From Candidatus Micrarchaeota archaeon (GTDB lineage: Archaea > Micrarchaeota > Micrarchaeia > Micrarchaeales > Micrarchaeaceae), in NCBI GenBank assembly GCA_021801385.1, contig JAJYYC010000002.1:45238-109237 (forward strand): a stretch of DNA of 64,000 nt, in the 5' to 3' direction. The notes under the pieces are model-generated. The model searched no databases. It was not told the DNA's origin and was given only the letters and a program-made list of their open reading frames with translations. Positions 1-9,364 of the stretch are shown in pieces (the stretch's first letter is position 1; every line of letters begins with the position of its first letter). The translations under genes and the position numbers were made by a program.

Positions 1-704
1 TTTTTGTGCTCGTCTTCAACCTCCTTGTGTTTGCTAAGCAGCTCTTTTATTTTGGCTTCGATTATCTTCGCCTCCTTATCAAGATCAGACATGTCTACTG
101 TTATTCCTATCATCTTTGTTAGGTAGTTAAGCGCTGTTTCAGCATATATTGGATCAACGATGTTTGGCTGTATAGGTACCATTATGTTTATGTTTTCTGT
201 CTCATTGAGCGCTGATTTTAGGAGCAGCATGGCGCTAACACCTGTTGAAACTCCTTCTGATATCGGCTTTAAACCTGCCTTATCTATCTCTTTTGAGAGC
301 TTTGGGGTTGATGCCACTGCAAATGGGACAGTATCCTGCACAGACGGCTGCTGCGGTATGCCCCCGATAGAATAGATTCTGCTCATCCCTCCTTTCTCAA
401 CGAAATCATATAGTGTCGATGACATCTCCGAAACCATCTGGAGCGGTATCGCGAATTCAGAAAATGCAGTGACGATCTTGTTCTTTTGCGACACGTAGAA
501 TCTAACCAGCGGCATTGGCTGTGCGTTGTGTATTGATACCAGCGGCGGGAAGGAATCGCTTTCGATGTATCCTATGTAATCCATCTTCAGCTTGTTGATC
601 ATATAGCTGACAGCCATCGGACCGACCAGGCCTGCGCCCGGAAAACCCTCGATAAAGTCATACCCATCAAGACTGATTTTCTTCAGCATTTTTATAGCCA
701 TCAT
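1..704 (-). CDS. PAC2-family (proteasome-assembly-chaperone-like, COG1938-type) protein; C-terminus lies outside the window
   Basis: Absent from the ORF track because there is no stop inside the window. My translation of the minus strand from ATG 704-702 gives MMAIKMLKKISLDGYDFIEGFPGAGLVGPMAVSYMINKLKMDYIGYIESDSFPPLV... The frame stays open to position 1. The N-terminal GFPGxGxVG motif is typical of this family. Confidence 0.6.
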   Translation of the reverse strand, partial: MMAIKMLKKISLDGYDFIEGFPGAGLVGPMAVSYMINKLKMDYIGYIESDSFPPLVSIHNAQPMPLVRFYVSQKNKIVTAFSEFAIPLQMVSEMSSTLYDFVEKGGMSRIYSIGGIPQQPSVQDTVPFAVASTPKLSKEIDKAGLKPISEGVSTGVSAMLLLKSALNETENINIMVPIQPNIVDPIYAETALNYLTKMIGITVDMSDLDKEAKIIEAKIKELLSKHKEVEDEHK

Positions 705-815
705 TAAATCAGTAGGTTATCGCTCAAAAGGTTTATAGTTATATACCCCGTTATGTAGAGGGAAAATCGACGATAGATATATAAGCTTATCCAGTTATAT
801 CATTTTGGTGAATTT

Positions 816-1040
816 ATGGCTGAAAGAATCAGCTCTGAAAAGCTGTCGAGAGATGACGGGTATCTCTACTACCTAGGCAAGGATGGTTATGTGTGGAGGA
901 CTCCAATGAAGACGAATTCCCGCGGCAGAAAGGGCAAAGTTGGATCTGAAAAGATAAAGAGAGAGGAGGGATACCTTTACTTCCTTGACAAGGCAGGATA
1001 TGTATCAAGGTCTAAGATGAACAGGAAGGGTAGGAGATAA
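816..1040 (+). CDS. small basic protein with two internal repeats (GYLYYLGKDGYVWR / GYLYFLDKAGYVSR)
   Basis: 74-aa ORF in an intergenic gap between two minus-strand genes. It has a clear two-fold internal repeat and K/R-rich linkers. No family recognised. Confidence 0.55.
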   Translation: MAERISSEKLSRDDGYLYYLGKDGYVWRTPMKTNSRGRKGKVGSEKIKREEGYLYFLDKAGYVSRSKMNRKGRR

Positions 1041-1042
1041 TC

Positions 1043-1432
1043 CTATCCCTTCAAATCTATTTTTTTCCCTTCTTTTATTTTATATTTTTTTACCGAGCCA
1101 GCGGAGAGTTCTATGACGGTATCGGCGGGACGCGTTGGATAATGTATCTTGCCGTCCCGGTTCTTCAGATTTGCTTCTACAGAAACCACTTTCTGCTTGT
1201 CAATCCATATCACATCTATCGGAAATCGCATATTGCGCATCCATATCCCGTATTTTCCGCTTGATCTGAACCTGAACAGCATGCCGGTTCCCGGCTCTAT
1301 GCTTTCACGGTACATCAGGCCAATCGCGCGCTTGAGCATCGTGTCGGCGATGAGCAGGCGTATGCGCCTGCCATTTATCCTAACAGTGGTTGTCGAATAT
1401 TTGAGCCGCTTCTGAATAAGGCCAAAAACCAT
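1043..1432 (-). CDS. DUF192 (COG1430) family protein
   Basis: GLMYRESIEPGTGMLFRF ... MRNMRFPIDVIWID matches the DUF192 pattern GLM..(x)..GMlF ... M.nt..plDiifid. Confidence 0.7.
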   Translation of the reverse strand: MVFGLIQKRLKYSTTTVRINGRRIRLLIADTMLKRAIGLMYRESIEPGTGMLFRFRSSGKYGIWMRNMRFPIDVIWIDKQKVVSVEANLKNRDGKIHYPTRPADTVIELSAGSVKKYKIKEGKKIDLKG

Positions 1433-1436
1433 GCTT

Positions 1437-3104
1437 TCACTTTGAGACTGATATTGATTGCTCCTTCATGAACTGCTGCAGATAGTGTTTGCTGCCAGTG
1501 CCTTTGTTTGTTATGCTGCTGCCCTTCCATCCGACAAAGGAATGCATACCAACCACAGCTCCGGTAGTTGCACTCATCTCACGGTTTATGTAGATCACAC
1601 CTGCCGCTATGTTTTCTGTGAACTGCTTTATCTCTGCGCGCTTGCCGCCGTAGAAACCCGCGGTCAGGCCGAACTCCGTGTCATTTGCCATTGTTATGGC
1701 ATCGTTTAGCTTGGAGAAACTTTCGACAGTGAGTATAGGCAGGAAGAGCTCCTTTTTCACCAGTTCGCTGTCATGCTTAGCCTCTATTATGGTTGGTTCC
1801 ACATAGAGCCCATTGAGTCCTGTCTTAACGGTGTTGCCGCCATAGAGTATCCTGGCGCTCTTGGATGCGATCGATATCGCATCAGTATATTTCTTGTATG
1901 CCGATTGGCTTATGATCGGCCCAAGATAGGTTGACTTCTCGATAGGGTTGCCGATCTTCAGCTCCCTTGTTCGCGCTATTATCTTTGCGATCAGCTCGTC
2001 TTTGAGCGATTCGTGCACATATAAACGTGAGAGAGAGCTGCATTTCTGGCCAGAATACCCAAATGCCGCACTCACGATGCCGTTTGCCGCGACATCAAGA
2101 TTCGCGCCTTTCGATACTATGCATGGGTTTTTACCGCTCATCTCGGTTACAAAGTGGCGGTCTAACCCGAGCGCGATTGACCTTGATACCATTGACATGC
2201 CGACATACCTTGATCCGGTGAAAGCGATTCCTGAAACGTCAGGGTTCTCCACCAGCTCGCTGCCAACAACAGAACCCGGCCCTGTAAGATAATTAAATGC
2301 GCCATCAGGTATGCCCGCCTCCTTGAATATCTCATAGATCCTAAGGCCTGAAAGCATTGACATATTGTCGCTAGATGATGGTTTGAACACCACAGTGTTG
2401 CCTGCGACAAGCGCCGCGCTGCTCATTCCTATAGATATTGATATAGGGAAGTTGAACGGTGCTATCACAGCAAATATGCCAAGCGGTTTGAGCAATAGGG
2501 TTATCTTCTCTGATGACGGCGCGCCCTGAAATCCGACCGCGCCTTTGATGGTATTTCCGGACATCGTGTTGTGCCTAACAAACCCATGGTTTGACTCGAT
2601 CTCATTGGCATAATACCTTAGGAAATCTATACCCTCATCGACCTCGCCGATCGATTCGTATCTGGACTTGCCGTTCTCATAGCTGAGCTCTGCAGCGATA
2701 GTGAACTTGCGCGATGAGAGTATGTCTGCTGCCTTGCGGAGCACTGAGGCGCGCTCCTTGTATGAGGTCTTTGACCATTCCGGAAGCGCGGCCTTGGCCT
2801 TTGCAACAGCAGCAGATGCATGCTCCTTTGTGCCGTTCTGGAATATTCCAATAATTATATTTTTGTCTATCGGTGAACGCTCCTCAAGCTTTTCCGCAGT
2901 ATGTATCGGTTCGCCTCCGAGATAGATCGGATGCTCCTTACCGAAAGAGCTCAGAGCCGCATGCGCCGCGCTCTCGAACAGGCGGTCGAATTCGGCCTCA
3001 TTGCCTGATTCAACGAAGCGTTTGTATGTTGATTCGTTGTTGAACAAATTATCACGTTTATGAGTAATATCCGCCTGTGCTGCTAGACGATGCGCAACTG
3101 CCAT
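1437..3104 (-). CDS. aldehyde dehydrogenase family, 1-pyrroline-5-carboxylate dehydrogenase-like
   Basis: 555 aa. It has the ALDH motifs FTGS, EMSGKNP (general-base region) and the catalytic-Cys motif GYSGQKCSS, which is the GQKCS variant typical of P5CDH. Its start overlaps the upstream Kelch gene by 47 nt, so the true start is uncertain. Confidence 0.85.
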   Translation of the reverse strand: MAVAHRLAAQADITHKRDNLFNNESTYKRFVESGNEAEFDRLFESAAHAALSSFGKEHPIYLGGEPIHTAEKLEERSPIDKNIIIGIFQNGTKEHASAAVAKAKAALPEWSKTSYKERASVLRKAADILSSRKFTIAAELSYENGKSRYESIGEVDEGIDFLRYYANEIESNHGFVRHNTMSGNTIKGAVGFQGAPSSEKITLLLKPLGIFAVIAPFNFPISISIGMSSAALVAGNTVVFKPSSSDNMSMLSGLRIYEIFKEAGIPDGAFNYLTGPGSVVGSELVENPDVSGIAFTGSRYVGMSMVSRSIALGLDRHFVTEMSGKNPCIVSKGANLDVAANGIVSAAFGYSGQKCSSLSRLYVHESLKDELIAKIIARTRELKIGNPIEKSTYLGPIISQSAYKKYTDAISIASKSARILYGGNTVKTGLNGLYVEPTIIEAKHDSELVKKELFLPILTVESFSKLNDAITMANDTEFGLTAGFYGGKRAEIKQFTENIAAGVIYINREMSATTGAVVGMHSFVGWKGSSITNKGTGSKHYLQQFMKEQSISVSK

Positions 3105-4572
3105 AGTAGAATGGTATTGGATAGGAATATGATTGCTGCCAGTTTATCAACGACCCTGGAGGGACGCTTATGATAGTGTTGGAGAGATAGTTAGCAGGTA
3201 CATATGTCTCATTTATTATCTGCCCGTTGGTGTCGTTGACTGTTATGTTGTATGATGGCTGCGGGCCATATCCGTTAGAGTATGTGCCGTTGCTTATGAG
3301 CTGAGTGAAGTAGACCCCGTTTGTATATCCCGAAGTGGATGACCCTATGCAGTATAGGAATGGACCGCTTGTAGTGACGCAGTCTGAAGAAGAGAGCTGT
3401 GCGGGATAAGGATAGGTTAAATTCCACTTTCCTATCCCAGTTTTTGATATCGGAGCATAGTAGACAGCGGTTCGGTTAGAATCTAAGGATTCTGTCTGGT
3501 TTATTATCCCGTATAGCGACTGTTTGGCTATGCTTTCGACCTGTGATTCAGACATGCCGGGCGTTACGCCGAGCGCCGAGGTGTAGTTTATCGACATCAA
3601 CGCTGCGAACGAATCGGACCCTCCTATACAATAGATATACCCAAGGTATGAGTTGCAGCTGTCGTTGTATAGGTTTAACGGATATGCGGTGGTTTTAGTC
3701 CATGGACCTATGCCGGATTGCGAAACAGTGGCATAGTATGAGATCGGTGAAACAGGAAGATATGCTGAATATGCGGATGTTGTGTTCAGGCCGCCTACGC
3801 AGTATATATAGCCGTTGTAGATCGTGCAGCTGGGCCCTGAGATGTTATTAGGATACGGGCTTGTTGCTTTCCATGGACCTATGCCGTTGGGCGAAAGCTT
3901 TGCGTAGTAGGTGGCGTTAGCATAGAGTGAGTTAGAATCGCTTACGCAGTAGATATACCCATTATAAGATGAACATCCGGCCTTTGAGAATGGTACAGGA
4001 TAATTTGTGGTGCTCGTCCAGTTGCCTATGCCGTTGATCGTCACATTGGCGAAGAATGCGGAACTTGTCGATGTTCCATTAGAATATCCGCCTACGCAGT
4101 AGATATAACCGTTTGAGATCGTGCAGCTGGGCCCTATTACACTGATAGGATATGACTGTGTAGCTGTCCATCTGCCTGAGGTTGGGCCATAAAAGTCGAT
4201 CTGAGGCTCGAAAGCGGTATAATACGACTGATTGTATGGATACGTTCCTGAACCGATGCAGTAGGTATAATCGACCGTTGTGGTGGTGCTATTGGCATAT
4301 GACTGCGAAGAGACAGTAGTGTTTGACGTGAGATTGGATTGAGATACTGTTGTGGTAGTGGATGTGCTTGATGATACAGACTTGTTAATAGGTTTATAAC
4401 CGCTTATGGAATTGAAGTTAGTGTAGTTGCTGGAATTATACTGGGGAATTGTTTTGGCGGTTGATGGCGTGCGGTGGTGCGGCAGAAGCAATACCAGTGC
4501 GATCACCGCGATTATAAGCGCGATGATGATTCCCGCAAACAGCTTTTTATCACGCTTGTCCAAAATCTGCAC
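3058..4572 (-). CDS. membrane-anchored extracellular Kelch-like beta-propeller protein
   Basis: N-terminal TM helix (FAGIIIALIIAVIALVLLL), a Ser/Thr-rich stalk, then about six repeats of the GYIYC(V/I)GG ... GIG(P/N/K)W type spaced about 50 aa apart. Many N-x-S/T sequons. Confidence 0.7.
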   Translation of the reverse strand: MQILDKRDKKLFAGIIIALIIAVIALVLLLPHHRTPSTAKTIPQYNSSNYTNFNSISGYKPINKSVSSSTSTTTTVSQSNLTSNTTVSSQSYANSTTTTVDYTYCIGSGTYPYNQSYYTAFEPQIDFYGPTSGRWTATQSYPISVIGPSCTISNGYIYCVGGYSNGTSTSSAFFANVTINGIGNWTSTTNYPVPFSKAGCSSYNGYIYCVSDSNSLYANATYYAKLSPNGIGPWKATSPYPNNISGPSCTIYNGYIYCVGGLNTTSAYSAYLPVSPISYYATVSQSGIGPWTKTTAYPLNLYNDSCNSYLGYIYCIGGSDSFAALMSINYTSALGVTPGMSESQVESIAKQSLYGIINQTESLDSNRTAVYYAPISKTGIGKWNLTYPYPAQLSSSDCVTTSGPFLYCIGSSTSGYTNGVYFTQLISNGTYSNGYGPQPSYNITVNDTNGQIINETYVPANYLSNTIISVPPGSLINWQQSYSYPIPFYYGSCASSSSTGGYYS

Positions 4573-4626
4573 CCTTAATATAGCATCTCATAAAGCATTA
4601 TTATTCTTTTTGATGTCCTGTTGCGC

Positions 4627-5481
4627 TTAACCGATTCCTGTTAGCGCAGTTATTATGCCGCTTAGTATCGCGATTATTCCAAGTATTAATACTATCTTGG
4701 TTATCACGTTTCTACCAGCGAACTTTAAGAGCATGTCTATCAAGAACAGGCTCAGTAACAGCGATGCAACTATGGCTATCGCAATCGTTGAATACCCTAT
4801 GTTTGAGATTGTTGTGGCGATAGGAACAGAGGAGAATAATATTGTAACAAGTGTCGCGCCAATTGTTGCGGGTATTCCTACAATGAATGAGAGCCTGAAT
4901 GCCTCTTCAGGATTGAATCCCATGAAGAGCAATGATGAGACTGTCACGCCTGACCTGCTTATGCCGGGAAATGCTGATATGCCCTGCACTATACCAACAA
5001 CTGCCATCTCGATTGATTTCATTCCGTGTATTGACTTACCTGAGTTGGTCCTAGGCCGTTTTCTGGCTGAATGAACTAATATTCCATCGACGATCAGCAG
5101 CAGGCCCAGCACGATCATAGGTATGCCCACCGCATATCCGCTGATGCTGGTCTCTATAAATTTGTATATTATTACACCGATTATCCCTGTGATCACAGTT
5201 ACAATAACCATATAGCGCAGTAGCTTGTTGTACTCAGGTGTGCCGCGACCCACTAATGCCTTTATAAGATTGTAGATGTCCTTCCTGAAGTATATTATTG
5301 CAGCAAGAACAGTACCGGCCTCAAGAAATAGGCCTATCGCATAGGACTGGGTAAGAGGCAGGTGGTAGAGAAAGGTTGTTGCAAGCATTATCTGCGTCTT
5401 GCTGCTGATCGGAAGCCATTCGCTGATCGCCTGCACTATGCCCAGTATGATGCCATTGATTATATGGGTTAAAGAGAACAT
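4627..5481 (-). CDS. uppP: undecaprenyl-diphosphatase (BacA/UppP family)
   Basis: Polytopic membrane protein with the SEWLPISSKTQI and PGISRSGVT motifs, corresponding to E-x-LP-x-SS and PG-x-SRSG of BacA. Confidence 0.85.
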   Translation of the reverse strand: MFSLTHIINGIILGIVQAISEWLPISSKTQIMLATTFLYHLPLTQSYAIGLFLEAGTVLAAIIYFRKDIYNLIKALVGRGTPEYNKLLRYMVIVTVITGIIGVIIYKFIETSISGYAVGIPMIVLGLLLIVDGILVHSARKRPRTNSGKSIHGMKSIEMAVVGIVQGISAFPGISRSGVTVSSLLFMGFNPEEAFRLSFIVGIPATIGATLVTILFSSVPIATTISNIGYSTIAIAIVASLLLSLFLIDMLLKFAGRNVITKIVLILGIIAILSGIITALTGIG

Positions 5482-5571
5482 ATTTATCGCATTATATTAA
5501 GAGGCAAGCTATTAAAGCGTTCAATATCTCCGCATGCATTCTAGTTGGTGCACAAATTTGAGACAGATTGG

Positions 5572-6189
5572 TTACCCTATTGGTGCCATCGGCGAACCAA
5601 GACCTCCACTCAAAGGCGCAAGAGCTGTTGCGGTGATAAAACCTAAGACGATAAACGCCATGGTTAAGAGAATGCACATGGTTACTATCATGACTACAGC
5701 GGATTCAGTGCGGTTTATCTTGTGTTGAGAAGCGAATGCGATCACAACCATTATGATGCTCCAGACTGCTATTATTCCGGTTATCGGTATCTTCAAAACA
5801 GGTACCTCTCCTATCCAGTACAACGATAAGAACGGAATGACCACAAATGTATAAGCCGCGAAGGATTTTGAATAATCTCCCCTCCATGCTTTGAGAAGGT
5901 ATTTGCCGATAAGATGGTAAATCGCCGCATCAATGAATATACCTATTGGTATTATTATCAGGTAGATTGCAGCAAGCAATATTGTTGTTTTTACATAAGA
6001 ACCGCTATAATTCAAAGCGGTGGAATGAGACATAGATAAGTATCCCATCACAAGCGCAAGGATTAGGCCTATGACAGCCACAGGATAATAGATTGAGAGC
6101 GCCTTTGGTATGCTTATCTTTCCAGAGCTCTCTTCGCCAGGATGGATAAGTGACATGAACCCGCGCTTCATATTATCATACAATCCCAT
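5572..6189 (-). CDS. polytopic membrane protein, Yip1-domain-like
   Basis: 205 aa with about 5 predicted TM helices after a short cytoplasmic N-terminus. The family assignment is tentative. Confidence 0.55.
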   Translation of the reverse strand: MGLYDNMKRGFMSLIHPGEESSGKISIPKALSIYYPVAVIGLILALVMGYLSMSHSTALNYSGSYVKTTILLAAIYLIIIPIGIFIDAAIYHLIGKYLLKAWRGDYSKSFAAYTFVVIPFLSLYWIGEVPVLKIPITGIIAVWSIIMVVIAFASQHKINRTESAVVMIVTMCILLTMAFIVLGFITATALAPLSGGLGSPMAPIG

Positions 6190-6443
6190 TGTAACACCAA
6201 AAATCTAAGCCATGCAAGATTTATATAGATAGAGGTAAGATGCTGCGCCATCTTGGGGAATGCCTTGCGCTGGCAGGATACGAGCACAGGATTTTTGGAA
6301 GATGGCATAGAATCTTTGCGCCAAAATACGCTTGATTTAAATAAATCTGTTTAAAGAGTTTAAAGGCATATATTTGTATAATGCGACAACGCCGCATACT
6401 AAATGTAAATTATAGTAGAGCCCAAACTAAGTAGAGTGATTTC

Positions 6444-6938
6444 ATGGAGGAAATGATAGATATCGTGGATTCAAATGACATAGTCATAGGGAGTGCTCCA
6501 CGCAAGGGTATACATGAAACACCAAAGCTGCACAGGGCTGCACACATATTTCTTTTCAATAGCGAAGGAAAACTCTGGCTGGAAAAGCGCGCGATGCATT
6601 GCGACAATTATCCTGGATATTATAGCTCGTCAGCTGCTGGGCATATAAGCAGTGGTGAGAGCTATCTTGAAGGGGCATCGCGCGAGGCGCAAGAGGAGCT
6701 TGGTATAACCGGACTAGAACTTAAGTTAGTTCATAAATTCCCAGTATCGAAGGAGTCTATTAACGAATTTATCATGCTCTATACTGCAGTGTCAGATAGT
6801 ATTCCGAAGCCATGCAAGGACACCGAACACTTCGATCTTTTTACCATAGATGAGATAAATAATATGATAGATAACAAAACCGAAAAGGTATCAGATTCTT
6901 TCGCAAGGCTGTTTAGATGGTATGTGGCTAAAATGTAG
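6444..6938 (+). CDS. Nudix hydrolase of the IPP-isomerase-like (COG1443) subgroup, lacking the IDI catalytic Cys
   Basis: Nudix box GHISSGESYLEGASREAQEELGI. Upstream, LHRAAHIFLFNSEGKLWLEKRA resembles type-1 IDI, but the IDI C-x-H position reads AAGH. Confidence 0.8.
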   Translation: MEEMIDIVDSNDIVIGSAPRKGIHETPKLHRAAHIFLFNSEGKLWLEKRAMHCDNYPGYYSSSAAGHISSGESYLEGASREAQEELGITGLELKLVHKFPVSKESINEFIMLYTAVSDSIPKPCKDTEHFDLFTIDEINNMIDNKTEKVSDSFARLFRWYVAKM

Positions 6939-7037
6939 CACACAATCAGACAATAATTGTAGGACTTTAGGCGCAATTATGCCAACCAGAACTGGTCTGG
7001 TGATATATACGCTTTATGACGTGGTCGCACAGTTTCT

Positions 7038-7049
7038 ATTTATATAATA
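7038..7049 (+). promoter_or_regulatory. TATA-box-like element upstream of the KaiC-like gene
   Basis: atttatataata lies about 30-40 nt upstream of ATG 7079/7085. Confidence 0.45.
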
Positions 7050-7078
7050 GATTAGTTAGATTTATGCGATCGGTTGGG

Positions 7079-7909
7079 ATGGCCATGGAACGATTAACTA
7101 CAGGAATACCGGGGTTAGACGATATTATGGGAGGCGGGATACCTCCAGGCTTTAACTTGCTTTTAGTTGGAGCTCCAGGAACAGGAAAAACCATAATGGG
7201 ACTTCAATATTTGTGTGGTGGGGCAAAAAAGGGAGAAATAGGCATGTATATTACGCTTGATTCCAGGGCAGACCAGGTAATAGAGCAAGGAAAGCAGTTT
7301 GATTGGGATCTCGAACGGCTCATGGCAGAAGGAAAAATAAGAATGCTCGAGATACCGCTGAACAAGCAGAAAAGAGTAGATATATTCAGAATGATAGAGG
7401 ACAAGGCAAAGGAGTGGGGTGTAAAAAGAATTGTATTTGACAGCCTATCTTCTTTCTTATTCAATATTAATCAATTCATAATAAATCTGCCAAAAATAGA
7501 TGACATGTCGACCATGCCGGAAGATCTCAAGAAATATATAGGAGAGGATCCAGTAACAAAACAGATGATACCTGAAACCCTTCAAAAGGATATGCCAGAC
7601 CCAAAGTTTTATTCAGGAGGAGAAGCAAACTTGGAAAAAAGAATTGTGTATTTAGCACTAAAAGAACTTGTGAAGGTTGGCACTACTAATTTTATAATAA
7701 CAAGTCAAAACACTTCTTCTAGTAATGAAAATCCAATTACAACTGACGGAGTTAGTGAATTTGTATCTGATGGTGTATTACACTTACATGCGGTTGAAGG
7801 TGAAGATGCATTTAATACATTAAATATATTAAAACTAAGACTTACAAAAGTAAATAGAGGCATATATAATTTTGATATATCGGAAAAGGGAATTTCAATT
7901 AAAAATTAA
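7079..7909 (+). CDS. KaiC/RecA-superfamily ATPase (single-domain archaeal KaiC-like)
   Basis: GIPGLDDIMGGGIPPGFNLLLVGAPGTGKT (Walker A) and RIVFDSLSS (Walker B). The ORF track starts at 7016, but I prefer ATG 7079 or 7085 because of the TATA box at 7038-7049. There is a roughly 50-aa insertion after Walker B. Confidence 0.8.
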   Translation: MAMERLTTGIPGLDDIMGGGIPPGFNLLLVGAPGTGKTIMGLQYLCGGAKKGEIGMYITLDSRADQVIEQGKQFDWDLERLMAEGKIRMLEIPLNKQKRVDIFRMIEDKAKEWGVKRIVFDSLSSFLFNINQFIINLPKIDDMSTMPEDLKKYIGEDPVTKQMIPETLQKDMPDPKFYSGGEANLEKRIVYLALKELVKVGTTNFIITSQNTSSSNENPITTDGVSEFVSDGVLHLHAVEGEDAFNTLNILKLRLTKVNRGIYNFDISEKGISIKN

Positions 7910-7931
7910 AACAAATTAGGCTAAGAATTAT

Positions 7932-8507
7932 ATGACAACATACATGTTTGACATGTTTAAGTTCTCACGCATGTTAGACATGAAAGATGGCCAATTAAGT
8001 CTTATGGGAACGCCGATAAGTATTGTGCCAACAGATCTTTTATGTGAACAGCAAAAAATGTTAATAGATACGCTTGGCATAGAAAAGGCATACGATAGTA
8101 TATATTCAGCATCAAAAAAAGGTGCATTTGAATATAATAATGAATTCATAAAAAAACAAAAATTTGAAGACAAAAAGAAAATTATTGACTGGCAAAAAAA
8201 AATTGTTACTTTTGCAGGATGGGGAGAGGTAGAAATAGCTTTATCAGATGTAAAAAATACAAAATTTGTATTTGTATTTAGAAACTCACCATATCCAAAA
8301 TCGTATGGTTCCGCAAAATATGCTGTTGATTTTGTAGCTTCAGGATTTGCAGCTGGGGGTTTAAGTGTTGTTTGTGGAGAGAATCTTGACGCAGTAGAAA
8401 TAAAGTGTATGGCGCGTGGTGATCCATTTTGTCAAATTGTTGTTGATAAACCAGAGATTGTAATGGACACAAAAATTAACCTGTGGAAAACTTGGGGAGT
8501 TCGTTGA
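7932..8507 (+). CDS. V4R-domain (4-vinyl-reductase-like) sensor protein with an XylR-N-like N-terminal part
   Basis: The C-terminal segment ASGFAAGGLSVVCGENLDAVEIKCMARGDPFCQIVVD matches the V4R signature (C...E..C.a.Gd..C.f.v). The gene starts 22 nt after the KaiC-like stop. Confidence 0.75.
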   Translation: MTTYMFDMFKFSRMLDMKDGQLSLMGTPISIVPTDLLCEQQKMLIDTLGIEKAYDSIYSASKKGAFEYNNEFIKKQKFEDKKKIIDWQKKIVTFAGWGEVEIALSDVKNTKFVFVFRNSPYPKSYGSAKYAVDFVASGFAAGGLSVVCGENLDAVEIKCMARGDPFCQIVVDKPEIVMDTKINLWKTWGVR

Positions 8508-9352
8508 GCTCTTTAATAGATATGTTGAAGATTACCGTCCCAGAGTATATGCCAGTTGGATTAATAGCCACATTAGTTGGTATGGCATATACCATTAATT
8601 TAACCTCTTTTAATATAAAAATGGTATATGCACTTTTGTCGGTCGCTTTCATTATTGCAGGTTATAATACTTATAATGCCATTGTGGATTTAGAAATAGA
8701 TAGAATAAATAAGCCAGATAGGCCATTGCCAAAAGCATTATTGACAATAAAAGATGCAAAATATATAACAATTATTTCATTTTTTATTAGTCTTGTATTA
8801 AGTTTATTAATAAATAAAATAGCTTTTCTTATTGCGTTAGTAACAATTACGTTATCGGTTTTATATTCATATAGACCAATTAATCTAAAGGGTAGATTCA
8901 TTTTAGGAACGTTAGCTGCTACAGTTCTTTATACAATTACATTTCCTTTAATCGGGTGGTCAGTTTCACAGTATAGTAAAATACCAATTCAAATAATTTT
9001 TTATCTGTTCGTTTTTGGATTAGTCGTTGCCATACTAAAAGATTTTGAAGATATAATAGGAGACAACCATTATGAAGCACACACAATAATAAGTTATTTA
9101 GGTTATACTAAAACAATAAAATTATTATTGCTACTTATTTTGTTTGGGATTATTTTAGTCATTGGTTTTGTTTATTATGGTTTTCTAAGTATCTATTACT
9201 TAGGTTTGCTAATATTTAGTTTATTATATCTATTAAACTTGTACTATTTAAATATGAATAAAACAACAAAACGTGCAAAACGTGCATTTATTTATAGCAT
9301 GGTTATAATGATCTTTATGGAAATATTTTTAATAGCTCTTAAACTTTTATAA
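8483..9352 (+). CDS. UbiA-family membrane prenyltransferase (DGGGP-synthase / BchG-ChlG-like)
   Basis: First Asp-rich motif NAIVDLEIDRINKPDRPLP and second motif ILKDFEDIIGD, with about 8 TM helices. The internal ATG at 8522 would remove the overlap with the V4R gene. Confidence 0.8.
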   Translation: MENLGSSLSSLIDMLKITVPEYMPVGLIATLVGMAYTINLTSFNIKMVYALLSVAFIIAGYNTYNAIVDLEIDRINKPDRPLPKALLTIKDAKYITIISFFISLVLSLLINKIAFLIALVTITLSVLYSYRPINLKGRFILGTLAATVLYTITFPLIGWSVSQYSKIPIQIIFYLFVFGLVVAILKDFEDIIGDNHYEAHTIISYLGYTKTIKLLLLLILFGIILVIGFVYYGFLSIYYLGLLIFSLLYLLNLYYLNMNKTTKRAKRAFIYSMVIMIFMEIFLIALKLL

Positions 9353-9364
9353 TTCACAATTTTA

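Noticed and set aside
160-375. 71-aa plus-strand ORF at the window start
   Set aside because: It lies antisense to the continuous minus-strand PAC2-family reading frame, which spans 1-704.
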